Below, one piece after another: positions 25,367 through 38,768 of a DNA stretch of 64,000 nt. The DNA is from Paramecium tetraurelia (lineage: Eukaryota): contig CT868130.1 in assembly GCA_000165425.1 (NCBI GenBank), forward strand, positions 248,001 to 312,000, read 5' to 3'. The notes under the pieces are model-generated. The model saw only the letters and a list, made by a program, of their open reading frames with translations. It ran no database searches and was not told where the DNA came from. The stretch's first letter is position 1. Each line of letters starts with the position of its first letter. Made by a program: the position numbers and the translations under genes.

Positions 25367-27048
25367 ATGTTTTTAAGGAACAGATTGCATTCTCTACGCA
25401 AATTAGCTTAATTTTGCACAGCTGAAAGTGTATCAGGAAAGAAGAGCCCAACAACTTAAGCTCACTAGACAAATGTAGAGAGAAATTACTAATTGCAATT
25501 CTCAAAGTCAGCATTAGTGGACTTTGGAGAATTGCCAACAGGGGAAATTCCTGAAGCCTTGAAGTACGATAGACCTTAAGGTACACACATTTAATGAACT
25601 TTAAGCCTTGAATTAATTAGAGAGCGGTCTCAGAGTAGTGTCTGAATAATACAATTCCCCATTAGCTTCAATTACTGTAGCAGTGAAAGCAGGATCAAGA
25701 TTTGAAACTTTAGAAAGTTCTGGAGTATCAAACTTCATTTCAAAATTAAACTTGAGAGTAGGAATAAACATTTATTCTAGGGCACAACTACAAGATCAAG
25801 AGAATAAGTTGAAGCAGAAATCGATTATTTGGGAGGATCATTAAAAGTGAAATAAGGTAGAGAATTATAAACATATACCCTCACTTTTTTGCCTTCAGAA
25901 CTTGAGAGAGCAGTAAACTTTTTGGGAGATATTTTGACAAATTCATTATATTCACCAGCTTAAATTGAGGCCGAAAGAGAAGGAATCTTTAGAGAATCAG
26001 TTAGCATCAATGATTAATACAGAGTTGTTGCTGAAGCTGCTCATTACACAAATTATAGAGATCATTATTTGGGGATAACCAACAGCAGGAATTAGAGATA
26101 ACATTCCAAATGTTACAGAAGAATAGATTAGATAATTCCATAAGGCCAATTTTGTTGCACCAAATGTCATAGTTTCAGCTGCTGGTAATGTTAATCATGA
26201 GGACTTTGTCTCTGCAGTCAATAAGGCATTCAAAGGATTAGGTACATCTGCTCCAACTGAAGTACCAAACTCAGAAAAACCCTATGCTACTCCATCCATT
26301 ATGGTATTCAAATTTATTAATAGTATAGTTAATTAAAGATGATGAATTAACTAATTTGAATGTCGGTGTTTTCTTCGATGCTCCAGGATGGAATCACCCT
26401 GATGTTTTTGCTCTCCATTATTTCTAAAGACTTATTGGTGATTATAGAGCTGACAAACACACAGGATTCCATTTGAATTCTCCAAGCAGATAATATAACA
26501 CTATGCATTCACTCCTTGGTGGATTACCAGATGTTACATACTAAAGATGCGCTTATTATGCATATTCAGACACTGGTCTTTTTGGAAATTACTTGATTGG
26601 TAATGAAGTCTTTGCAACATAAATGGCATATATCAGTCAAATGGTTTTATCTGATTATGCTTCATCTGTAGGCTAAGTTGAAGTTTTCAGAGCTAGAGCT
26701 AAAGTGTTTAATGAATTATTGAGTTAAGAAAGTTCAGCCAAATAATCAAGAGAAATTGCTTAATAAGTTTTGTATCTATATTCCAGTAAGATTTAGCTAT
26801 TGGGGAAGAAAGAGTGCCAAGAAGTGAATTTTGCTAGAAGAAATCTCTGCTCTTGATGCTGGTCATTTGACTAGAGTTGCTACTAGACACTTCTGGGATA
26901 AGGTAATCATATTGTTATATATATATAATAGGATATTTCTGTTGTCGTATGGGGACCTACTCACTTGTTAGATGCTGTTGCTCATTACAATAGATCATGG
27001 AAGAGGAGCACTTTAGGTGGATATGCTTAACCATACTATGAGGGTTGA
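25367..27048 (+). CDS. Peptidase M16 family, MPP-beta / cytochrome bc1 core-protein-like, with the HxxEH motif lost
   Basis: Mitochondrial presequence MFLRNRLHSLRKLAQF; LESGLRVVSE, VKAGSRFET, GVSNFISKL in place of HxxEH; YSDTGLFG. Apparent single-base insertions at ~26072 and 26801-26845. Confidence 0.88.
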
Positions 27049-27076
27049 TTCATTAAATAATAAATATAAAGTTTAT

Positions 27077-28753
27077 TCAATTATGTTTAACTCTTGTTTT
27101 CTCTTTGTAATTTATTCTGAAGAGTTGAATTGGATTTTTAAATTAACTATAAAATTACAAGGTAATCTATACTTTTCAATAGAATCTTTTTTTAAAATGC
27201 TGCACTTATCTTCAAGACAAGGACTTTCATCCTCATTCATTTAATCTGAACTCCTAACAGTAAAATCCATAATAGATGGATTGTTCATGAGTCCCAATTG
27301 CAATTCAACAATAGAATTATAACAATTTGGTTTGACATCCAAACTTAATTTATGAACAACTCTAATCTTATTTTGAGCAGACGTACTTCTTTCCGTCTAT
27401 TTTGGGGTGTTAATTTCATTATGAAATGATCCAAATCTCACATTTCTTTGATATGCTATCATACAACTGACTTCTGGTTGAATGTCACTGTATTGTTAAT
27501 TTGACTCATTAAATGAACTTGTGCTTTTGTGTCTTAAATTTAATTTGCTTTCACAAGGTACAAGATTTAAAGAGTTGTTGGCAATGGAGAATCTCCCATT
27601 CGATTCTCTCTTTGATAGTCCAGTATCATCAAATTCTTCACTTTATTTTTACTTCTTTGGTGAATAGATTTATTAAATTAGATGCGATTAATCCATGACT
27701 TTTATAGATTACTGCTTTTTAGGAGAAACAGAACCAGATTTTCTCTCTTGATTATTTTCATCTAACCAATCAAATCTATATTCAGCTTATTGTTATATCG
27801 CCACTCTTCTCAATAGTTATTGGAAATATCTAAATTATCTAATCATTTTTACTTATAATCAGGTTTCTCTCTATAACTCATCTTCTTTACTAAATCTATG
27901 AATTTCATAAATTCAATTGGCAAGTCTTGGCATAATTCCTGAGATGAAATTCTCATTTTCATCAATCCTACTATTTTAACTTTTTCTTCATCATTTTTAT
28001 AATCTACATTTTACCACGGCAAACTTCCCTTCAATAAAAATCTCTTTATTGTATCAATATTACATTAACATATAACCTAGTGATTCAAGATCATCCTTTC
28101 TTGATAATTCGTATCCTTTATGTGCTGCTATGCTTGCATATCTTGAAGTTCCTAGGAATGGCTTGTTGTCTTTGAATGGACTATTGTTAACTTAGTTTTT
28201 TTACATATGTTTGTCATCTTTATCTTTAAAATGTTTTGCAATCCCAAAGTCCACCAAATATATTAAATTTTTCTCTTTCTCTTTTCCAACCAATACATTT
28301 TCAGGCTTTAAATCTCGATGAATCACACCCCTGGCTTGAATAGAAAATGTACTTATTGTGAATGTTTTCAAGTATAGTTAGCATCTAATCTGCAATACTT
28401 AAAACACAAGGCAGACTAAATCGTTTTCTCTATCTCATATAATGAGTCAGATCTCTACCCAACAGTTAAATTACCATTACATTATTCCCTTAATCCTTTC
28501 CTGCCCATTTCAACCTAGGAACTTACTGCACTCCCTATACTGATCTCAGTATTTGAATCTATTGATATGCCAATTACTCAACCTCTCTATCTAAACTCAA
28601 TAATTCATCCACCTCTAGCTTTTCAACCTTAATTGCCACATGGTCTGATGAGCGCAAATCAACTCCTTAATACACCACACCAAATGAACCAGAAGAAATC
28701 CTTTTTTTTACAACAAATTAATTATTGAAGATCTTTTATTGCACTCCAGCCAT
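27077..28753 (-). CDS. CK1: Casein kinase 1 family protein kinase
   Basis: [67 protein letters not shown]; several tiny introns. Confidence 0.93.
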
Positions 28754-30028
28754 TTAATTTTATATTTATAAATACTAGTTATAGTCATTAATCTTAATTA
28801 AATACTCTAGAGTATATAATCATTAAAGATTTTCCTTATTTTTCAGATAAAATAAAATTTATATATCTAAACTCAATAAGGTGAAAAGTAATAAATAACA
28901 CATAATTAATTTATCAAAATCTATAATTCTTAAAATAAAGGTTAAATAAAGCTAATATAGAAAATTAAATGTTTCCATTATAAATTAAAAATCATACAAG
29001 AACAAAATTAAACTAAATCGAATTAAGCGATTTTATTTTAAAGAGGTTATTAAAAATAACTCTATTTTTAATTTCATAAATCTGGGATAATCAATAGAAT
29101 TCAATTAATTAAATGCTTTAAAAATAAATTAACTTTCTTTTAGAATTATCGGTCCGAACAATTAGAAAACTGAAAATTTGAAATTTCAAAAATGGAATTT
29201 AACTGTTATAAAAAATGTGACAAAATCACATTTGCAATTTGTTAGATATATTTAAAAATAGTTATTATTTCTCAATATGTAAAAGGAGTTTCTCTGTTTT
29301 TAAGATTCATAATTTGGAGTTTTATAAACACTCTTGGTTTCATTATTCAAAGATTAATTAAGCCAAACTAACCTATAAGTTCCTTTTTTTAAATTAAAGT
29401 TATTTCTGTTCATTATTTCAAAATTACATCTTTCAATAATTAAGGTATCAAACCAAAATTTTTAAATATAATAAAGTACAAATCTTTAGAGCTGCAAATG
29501 TACTATTTTTACATAGTATGAATACTCTTTTATTTAACAAAATTATAATAATTCAATAATTGATGAAAAAAAGTTAAAAAAATGTTTGGCTGAATCATGT
29601 CTTTTTTATCTTATAAAAACTTTATTACTGAAAATTTATGCCAATTATAAAATTAAATCTAATATATTTGTCTGTAAATAAACTATACAGATAATTTGAA
29701 TCGCAGAAAAGGCATGCATTTGACTTAGAATAAGATTTCCATCATTAAGAAGATTTAAATATTTTTAATTAGGAAATCTTTCGTAAAAATAAAAGTATAG
29801 AACTGCAATTTTGTGTGCTAACAAAGATTTAATTAATTAAACAGATGTTAAGAAATTAAGATAATAATTTGAGATCGATCAATTCAAAGACAAAAGAATT
29901 AGATAATAACTGCAAAGACTGAATAGTTTATGAAAATTATTTCGGTTCTTATAAGGAAAATTGTATTTGAAAACAACATTAGTTAAAATACTTGTAATGG
30001 ACAAGTTATTTATTTTTATGTAAAATCA

Positions 30029-30917
30029 TCATTAATGTTATTCCTCAAATATTCCTTATTAGAATATTAGCTCAGGATTATTTTGTTTAAGCACCCTATG
30101 TGGATCTTCAAGAGCATTTTGATCTAAATATAACTTTTTTAGGGCATTCAATTGTTTTAATTGTACTGGGAGATATGTCAAATGATTGTCTCTTAAACTT
30201 AACAATTTTAGCTTTTTTAAATTATCTACATTTTATGGGATTCTGAATATTTCATTGTTTGATAAATCTAACAACACTAACTCAGTTAAAGATGTAAATC
30301 TATCAATATTTGATAATTAATTCTTAGCCATATTTAATTCTTGCAATGAAGTTAGTTCAAAGAATTCATTTTCAATATTGTGATCTTATAAATTACAACA
30401 TGATGCATGAAATACTTTCAGATTAGTTAGGTTTTTAATGCTTTATGGTATTATTTAAATTTTGTTATTCGAAATAATCAGAATTTGTAGATTATTTAAA
30501 CCAAGAATCTATTCATAAATAGTTGTGACTCCTCTATTTCTTATTGATATCAAATTGGATATTTTTGCTTTGTCAACAAAGTCTTTTAATTCTTAAGGAT
30601 TGATGAATTTTTCGGATGCCTGATTTTATTAAGGAATTCCCCCATATTGCTGTAATTTAGAAACTAAATCTTTTTCTTTCTCGTCTTCCTTTGCCTTAAG
30701 TTCCTCCTTTTATTATTTAGCCTTATCAAAAGCCTCCGTAATTTCTGAATCACTCAAGCCTAATTAAGAAATGGATTTTACCTTTTTTCTTAAGAAATTT
30801 TTCTAATTCAGACCTAGGTACATTCTGTAGATTTGGTGTATTTATGAAGTTGATGGCGACTGCTATTCTTTTATCTTTCTCATCCTTCTCTTTCTCCTAT
30901 TTAGTTTATTTAGACAT
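30029..30917 (-). CDS. Pex14 N-terminal-domain-like + coiled coil + leucine-rich repeat protein (288 aa)
   Basis: RIAVAINFINTPNLQNVPRSELEKFLKKKGLSDSEITEAFDKA, followed by about 6 LRRs (LQILIISNNKI, LQELNMAKNQL, LVLLDLSNNEI, LKLLSLRDNHL, LKKLYLDQNAL). One 22-nt intron at 30760-30781. Confidence 0.8.
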
Positions 30918-30969
30918 TTTAATTATAAATAATTATGATAATCACATAATTTTTATTATTAACAGTAAA

Positions 30970-32125
30970 ATGGAACTATTTAACGTATATATTTTAGTTA
31001 ATTTAGCACTTTCCTTCCAGAAGGTTCGGATAAGAGTTGACTAATCTTTATTATAGGCCTTAGACGAAATTAAACTTGTCACAATTGAAAAAGAAAGCGG
31101 AATCAACTAATACTTCAATGAGACATAAATCTTAAAGAGACATCAATACTAATAATGTTTGGTACTAAGTGTCAATAAAGAAAAGAACAAGTAGTTAACA
31201 TAGCAGTGGAGATTCAGTCACTCATCGATAGAAATCCTCTAGATGTTCAAGCAGAAATCAGACAATATAAACTGTGAGATTTTGTGATGTGAAATAATTA
31301 TTAATCGACGAATAGAATAAGCAATTTATTGAAAATATTGACATGGTATACTCAAGTAAGCCTTAGTATTGTAGTGTTTATGCCTATGATATCTAAGAAT
31401 ATTTGAAATCTATAGAATTGACGTACTAATTGAGTGTTCAATAATACTTTCATCATTAACCTTAAGTAACTCAAAAAATGAGAACTATTTTGGTAGAATG
31501 GATAATAGACGTCTCTACAAAATTCAGATTGAAATAAGAGACCTTGTTTTTAACTATAAATTTTCTTGATCGATACATGTTGACAACTCCAGTTTCTAAG
31601 AATATATTATAACTAATCGGTGTTTCAGCATTATTTATAGCAAGTAAATTAGAGGAGGTTCATTAACTACTGGCAAAAGATTTAGCATATATCACAGATA
31701 AAACATATACTAAAGAATAAATTATACACACTGAATCACTAATCTTAAAATAGCTAAACTTTAACCTCACAACTCCAACAATAATATACTTTTTAACACG
31801 ATACTAAAATATATGCCCTTTAAATTTGAAGCATTATTATTAGTGCCAATTATTGATTGAACTTTATCTATTATTACAGCCTTAAACACACAACAGTAGT
31901 TAAATAGCAGCAGCTTCATTTTGGTTAATTCGGAAATAAAAGAAATACCATCCTATATGGCCATAAGAATTATAAATCATAAGTAATTGTGATGAAAATA
32001 AATTACATCAAAGTGTTAAAGTTCTTTAGCAATGTTAGTTAGAATTTCAAACGAGATAGAGCATATTTAACTCACTATATACTAAATATTCATAGTATAA
32101 ATATTGCAGAATAATTAATGTATGA
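30970..32125 (+). CDS. A/B-type cyclin
   Basis: Cyclin box MRTILVEWIIDVSTKFRLKQETLFLTINFLDRY, LQLIGVSALFIASKLEE, AYITDKTY; D-box-like RRFGQELTN; two tiny introns. Confidence 0.92.
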
Positions 32126-32167
32126 AATTACATGTTTTATTTATTATACTTAAACAATAATGAATCA

Positions 32168-32774
32168 TCATCCAGTTAAGGCGAGAATTGCTTGTACTGT
32201 ATCATTGTCTGATTTTCTGAGTGCTTCAACAGCTTTACTTCTATCGCATTTACAGTGTTCCATGACCATTTTGATGGATTCAGCTGGAATGCCTTCGTCA
32301 CTTGCTTATTCTGTGCTTTCGGCTGGCTTTGGTTCCTTGTTTTCTTCTTGTTTTGGACTGAAGGATATATTTTGAATATTACACTTATTATGCCAAATTT
32401 TCAGCTTCTTTTTTGCCAATTTAACCAGTTGGGTCGTGCACTTTGGCTTCACCAATTACAATGTAAGAATTCTCAACATTGGCTGATTTTAAGACTTCAG
32501 GGTTGTCAATATAGAGAAGGAATTATTTTCCTCTTTTGATTGTAACTCTGTTAATTCCAGCAACTGGCTTCATTCCTAATTTAAGCATAGCCTTTCTGAA
32601 TTTCTTCTCTCCTCTATTGGCTTTCTTGTCTTTGTCATCTCCTCCTTTTTGATTATGGCCATCATCAGAATCTGAATGGTCATGATTATGATCATGATCG
32701 TGATCGTGATCATGATGATGTTCTTAAGTTTATTCTTTTTCTTCCTTTATCTCGATCTCCTTCTCTTGAGCCAT
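32168..32774 (-). CDS. NACA: Nascent polypeptide-associated complex alpha subunit
   Basis: NRGEKKFRKAMLKLGMKPVAGINRVTIKR, SYIVIGEAK, C-terminal UBA (IKMVMEHCKCDRSKAVEALRKSDNDTVQAILALT). Confidence 0.95.
32669..32722 (-). repeat. His/Asp codon microrepeat (CAY-GAT)n within NAC-alpha
   Basis: Encodes EHHHDHDHDHDHNHDHSDSD. Confidence 0.8.
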
Positions 32775-32882
32775 TTATTATTATTATTACGTAATTTAAA
32801 TTTTTCAATCTTGATTAAATATTTCAAATGAGCACAAATTAACAATAGTATAGATTTCAATATATCTGATATATAAATAAAA

Positions 32883-35175
32883 ATGATTAGATTCTCATTG
32901 AAGAAAGGATAACAATTATTGAAGAAATAATTCTAAGCTTTCTCAACACAATAGAATCTCATAGAAATATTCATAGATGACGTTCCCCACAAAGTAGAAC
33001 TATATGTTTTGATCCTTTATAGGTTGATCCATCAGCAACAATATTTTAAGCATGTTATTCAGCAGGTGTGATCATTCCCAGATTCTGTTATCATGAAAGA
33101 TTAGCAGTAGCAGGAAATTGCAGAATGTGTCTAGTCGAAGTTGAAAAGTCACCAAAACCTGTATAATTAAATGAATATTGTAAAAGGTGGCAGCTTGTGC
33201 AGCATAAGTCGCACCTGGAATGAAAATACTCACAAAAAGTGAAAAGACAAGAATAGCAAGAGGAGGTGTTATGGAATTCATGTTAGCAAATCACCCATTA
33301 GATTGTCCCATCTGCGATCAAGGAGGAGAATGTGATTTACAAGATATTTCAGAGCAATATGGGTATCTTCTTAATATTCAATATCTAGTTATGGAGATAG
33401 CAGACATAACGAATACAAGAGAGCTGTAGAGGATAAGAATTTTGGTCCTCTTGTTGCTACTAGTATGAACAGATGCATTCATTGCACAAGATGTATTAGA
33501 TTTTCAGATGAATATGCTGGTGTAACTGAATTAGGAACTAGTGGAAGAGGAAGGAATACCGAAATTGGTACATACATAGACAAAATGATCACTAGTGAAT
33601 TATAAGGAAATCTCGTTGATGTCTGTCCAGTTGGTGCTTTAACCAATGGACCATATGCATTCACATCCAGACCTTGGGAATTAAAATCATATGATTCTGT
33701 TGATGTTTTTGATACCATAATTCCACTTATTCAAATTGACACCAGAGGAGCTGAAATTATGAGAGTTTTACCAAGAATTCATGAGGAAGTCAATGAAGAA
33801 TGGTTAAATGATAAATCAAGATAAGCCTTTGACGGATTGAAAAAATAAAGATTAACTTTACCATTGGCAAGGGATGCTCAAGGCAATTTTACAGATTTAT
33901 ATTGGCCAGATGCCATTTAATAAGCAGCTAAAAAGTTGTAATCTGTTAAAGGAGAAGAAATTGTTGGAGTCATTGGAGAATTTGCTGATTGTGAATCAAT
34001 TGTTGCTTTGAAGGATTTATTGAATAGATTTGATAGTGACAATTTTGAAATTAGAGGAACTGGTGTCCCCTAATTAGATGCAGACTTTAGAGCCAATTAT
34101 TTATTCAATTCTAGAATCACAGGAATTGAAGAAGCTGATGTACTTTTATTAGTTGGTACTAATCCAAAGATTGAATCTCCATTATTGAATTCTAGAATCT
34201 TAAGAGCTACAAGAAAGAATAACTTAAAGGTATTTTTAATCGGACCAGCAAATGATTTAACATATAATTATGTCCATCTTGGAAATAATGCTTCAATTCT
34301 TGATGAAATTGCTAACGGCACTCATCCATTTGCTGCCAGACTTAAATCTGCTAAATTGCCTATGATTTTAACAGGAGCAGGTGTCTTAGAAAGAGTTGAT
34401 GGAAATGCCATTCATAATGCATTAAAAAAGATTGCACAAAATTCACCAGTAATCAATGCATAATAAGGATGGAATGGTTTCAATCTATTACATAAGGATG
34501 TTGGAAGAATTAATGCTCTTGAATTAGGTATCACAGCTAGAAGAAGCAGTGTACCACCTAAGGTTGTTATTCTGTTGGGAGTTGATAATAATTTGAATGC
34601 TTAAGATATTCCAAAAGATGCATTTGTAATTTATATTGGTAGCCACGGAGATGAAGGAGCTTATTATGCTGATCTTCATATTACCAGGAGCTACCTATAC
34701 TGAGAAGAATGGCACATATGTAATGCTTATTATGTATTAAAATTAGGTTTCAACCGAAGGAAGAGTCTAAACCACCAAATTGGTAGCACTTCCTCCATCA
34801 GGAGCAAAATCAGATTGGGAAATCTTGAGAGCCTTATCCGAGGAGTGTGGATGTGCCTTGCCTTATGATAGTTTAGAGGAAGTAAGTACATTTCTCAATA
34901 TTTATATAGGTTAGATATAGAATTGCTGAATTGGCTCCCCATTTATTAAAATATGATTACATTGAGTCTAGTGTTTTGGGATAGGTTGCATTAAAGCCTG
35001 AATCATCAAAACAAACCATTTCAGCCACTCCTTTCAGGGATCTTATTGATGTAAATTATACCATTATTAATAGAACTTCTATATGACTGATGCTATTTCT
35101 AGATAATCAGTTACTATGGCTAAATGCTCTACGGCATTTAATCCTCATAAATTTAGCACATTTAAATAATTATGA
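32883..35175 (+). CDS. NDUFS1: NADH:ubiquinone oxidoreductase 75 kDa subunit
   Basis: [62 protein letters not shown]; several introns; apparent +1 insertion at ~34675. Confidence 0.97.
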
Positions 35176-35209
35176 TATAATATCCATAAAATTAATAGCA
35201 TAATATAAA

Positions 35210-37198
35210 TCAAGCCATTTTTTTACTTACAGGACTCAAATTGGATCTTTGTGTATGATAGACTTCGAATTTAGGATTACTTTTTAAGGGACTGTTGATT
35301 CGAGCAGTTTATGAACCTCCTCCTTATTTTAATTTGGTTGATGATTTCAGATCTTCAATATAAATATTAACTATATTATTCTGGTTGATATTGTACACCC
35401 CACCTCCCTTTTTGGTTGAACCTTGCACACAAATATTATTTGTAATCCTTAAAGGATCCTTAGAGTTTTCATGTTTTTAAGTCTATTTTGGAGGTGACCC
35501 CTTGTAATTTCCTATAGCATCTTAAGATTTTGTCCTGTAGTGCATCAATTAGGCATTAAGAATGGGAGCCTACAGATTATTATTTGAAATTAAAGTAGAT
35601 TTCTTTTTTTAATCAGAATTCTTGACTTACAGTCCTCTTAAAGTAGATAGGGCATACTAAGTGAACTTTTGTGGTAATTTTTATCTACATAAATGTGTAT
35701 ATACTAATTAATACATGTTTTTGGATGCTGTTTTCTGTAAAGTCTATTCTCCAGTGTTATAGACACTCTATCTCTAGACTCTATCAGTGGCCAAAGGTTG
35801 TTTACCTAATTAATATTTTTGTAATACTTTTATTATCATCTTCTTATTTTTAAAGTTATGAGGCAACTCTGGTTCTTCTAATAATGGATTATCAATAATA
35901 ATTACAAGAAATTCACTTAATAAGATAACAAATCAGCTGACTACTTTAATGTTGAATTTTATCTACTTGGTAATCTGAATTAACATTCTGTTGCATTAAA
36001 ATTGCCACTCACTTTTCTTTGAGAATTCGATTTCTAACAGTTATTAGCTTTTTATTGTTTCTACATAGTTTACTATTATTGAACAAAGTTGGCAAAACCT
36101 TCAATTTGTGAGTACACTTTTTGCATTAATTACGATTATTATGAACTTCTTAATGGGGATTATTCTTAATTGGATCTTTTGGTCTATTCCCCAGCCTTAA
36201 TGGAATTCTCAGCTTTTAAGGAAGAGACCTCCCCTGAATTGAACTGTAATCGATTCATATTGATTTTATCGTAACTCCCTTAACAGCTGACTTGATGGGT
36301 AGTTTTTGAATCAAGATTCTGTAATAGAGAACTTTTGTTAACCTTTGGTTTAAGATTAGTCATGTAAGTAGATTTTAGATTCTTAGTGATTGTCGAGAGA
36401 TCCTGTGATCTTAAGAGAAAACTATTGCTTTAATCAATAGACAATAATCCTGATATTTATCCAAGACAATCATACTTTTATCCGACTTACTAAATGAACT
36501 CTCTCAATTAGACACTACTAGAGATGTCTACTTTTTTTTGGAGATAAGAGTTAGTGTCCAATTTTAAGTCTTTCAATAGATATTTCAACTATCCTATGGT
36601 TAGATCTTCATCACTATGCTTCTATTTCTTCTTCTCTTTCTTTTTCAATGGTTACTAGATTTAGTGATTGTATTACTACGTCCTCATCTGGAATGTTCAA
36701 TTTTCTCTTAATATTTGCATATTCCAATCTCCTCTTCTTTTCATGGAACTTATTTATGGTCAGATACACATTTTGCATAAACAAACGAGGGATGTCTTTG
36801 TGATATTTGTAATATTCCTGCAATGCCTTGACTTTTTATTATGCCTCTTTTTTAACATAGGATCTAAACTTATTGTATCATCTTTACCTTTTCAAATATT
36901 CCTCCTCTTCGATCATACTTTCTAAATCCCTATAAAATACAACTGCGGGAGTTGACTCCTCTTCTATGATGTCGTTGATGTCCTTTGAATAATAATAGTT
37001 TTAGGATGACGAATATTTAGCAAATAATGCTTTGTTTAAAAGTGGAGCATAGGATTCTTCTTTGCAATTTTTGAACTTTTGACAAAAGACGCAAGGAGTT
37101 TAGTTCTAGTTGTTGGACCTATTCACCATTTAAAATCACATAAATTACGGTGAACATAAAGACGAAAATCGTTTTCTTACTGACATTGGATTGCTAGT
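35210..37198 (-). CDS. Hypothetical protein with conserved-looking EYYKYHKDIPRLF..HEKKRRLEY block and long S/N/Q-rich tail
   Basis: MSMKKQFTGGKTSRSNS... open in code 6 with tiny introns; probable end HTQRSNLSPVSKKMA*. Confidence 0.7.
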
Positions 37199-37567
37199 AG
37201 ATTGTTTGCTATTCGATCTCGATGTTTTACCACCTGTGAATTACTTTTTCATTGACATAATCCTTAGCTTTTTTATAAGTTAATAATTTAATTGTATTGT
37301 ATTTATAATAATTTTTAGTATTTTATGTTAAATTCTATAGAAATGCATGGTGAATATTTCTCACCTTGATTTGAGTGCATAATGACATCAATTCCTAAGC
37401 ATTTTGAATAACAACCTAATGTTTATTTAATTTCAAAGACAAATCAGAATATTATTAGGGAATCTTGATGAAAAAATATGAATGGATAGAAAATGAGAAT
37501 ACAAAAATATTATTATTTTAATAATTCCCAGTTTACTATATATATATGTTGTATTATACTATATGTA

Positions 37568-38242
37568 TCATTTTTTTGTTTCCTTAGCCTACTTTCTCTT
37601 CTCTTTAACACCAACAAATTTAGCATTATACCATTCTTATCTTAATCTTCTGTACACATTCTTTGCTCTTAATTCTTTAGATATGACTGTGGCCTTCTCT
37701 CTTTTTGGTGTTCTTTAGAATGTGAGGACCTTTGATAGAGCAGGATTCTTACCTCTGGATTGGTGTTTTAAGCAACTGGGTGAGCAACAACTTCATTTGT
37801 AGAATCCTTAACAACTCCATTCTTTGGTTTGCCTGCAACTCTTGGATAAAGGACCAATTTTGAGAGATATGCCTTTAATCTCTTAACATTATTATTCAAC
37901 TCTTCTTAGTTCAAATTTCTTCTTCTGTGATCAACAGAAATTCCAACTGTTCTTGCAAATGCTGCATTGAGTCCTGCCTCCTTTAATTCAATCAAAGAGA
38001 ATCCTCGACCAAGTTTTTACACACTGTTATACTTTATAGTTTAACCTCTCACAACTGGACGAAGAAGCTCAACTGGTCTGGGAGATGCAGCTATTATTAG
38101 GAGATAGACACATACATAAAGCTTATGCTCTTCTTCTCAATTGTCTTCTTCTTTTAGCTGCTGGTTGATTATAAAATGTCTTTACAAATCGGGTCCAATG
38201 TTTTCTCATGTGAGCATTAGGAAGTTGTTAATTGTGCTTCAT
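37568..38242 (-). CDS. RPL13: 60S ribosomal protein L13 (eL13)
   Basis: [66 protein letters not shown]. Confidence 0.97.
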
Positions 38243-38345
38243 ATAGGTAAATTTTTTAAATAAAAAAAATGTAGATATGTAAAAACCAATATTAAATGAC
38301 TTAAATAATTCATTTATATATATAATTTCATAACTTTTATCTTCA

Positions 38346-38768
38346 TCATAGCTGAGTTAAGTGTCTCATAGACTTTCTATTATTAGTATAAAGAAGCATT
38401 ACCTGACAAAAGTCTTAGACTTTTCTGTAGGAGTTTAGCTTAAATTTGGAGTGGATTCTCTTTGGTTTTATAATTAAGCTAATTCTTCAAAAGTTTATAG
38501 GTCAGTTATAGAGTTTTGGAAAGATAACTTCAACTTTTTCATGTTGTTCTCATCTATCTCTTCCACTAACTGTGGTTTAAATATTAAATAGGGTCGAGAA
38601 GGCTTTGAAGCTTATTCTTTTTTTGCAGCTTAATCCGGAACATAACCAAATTATCCTTACTAGCTAAGCATGAATATTTGAATGTTACATCATAATATCC
38701 TATTAACTCTTTTGTTATACTATTGGTTTCTACTCCCTTGGGGTTGGAACTGTGTAAACTTTTTTCAT
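38346..38768 (-). CDS. Small hypothetical protein (~123 aa)
   Basis: MKKVYTVPTPREQK.../QQGQFGYVPD...KTFVR/KSMRHLTQL* using two 25-26 nt GT..AG introns. Confidence 0.6.

Noticed and set aside
29597..29872. ~90-codon plus-strand ORF in code 6 (MSFLSYKNF...)
   Set aside because: No motif; with a single stop codon such ORFs arise by chance in AT-rich DNA.
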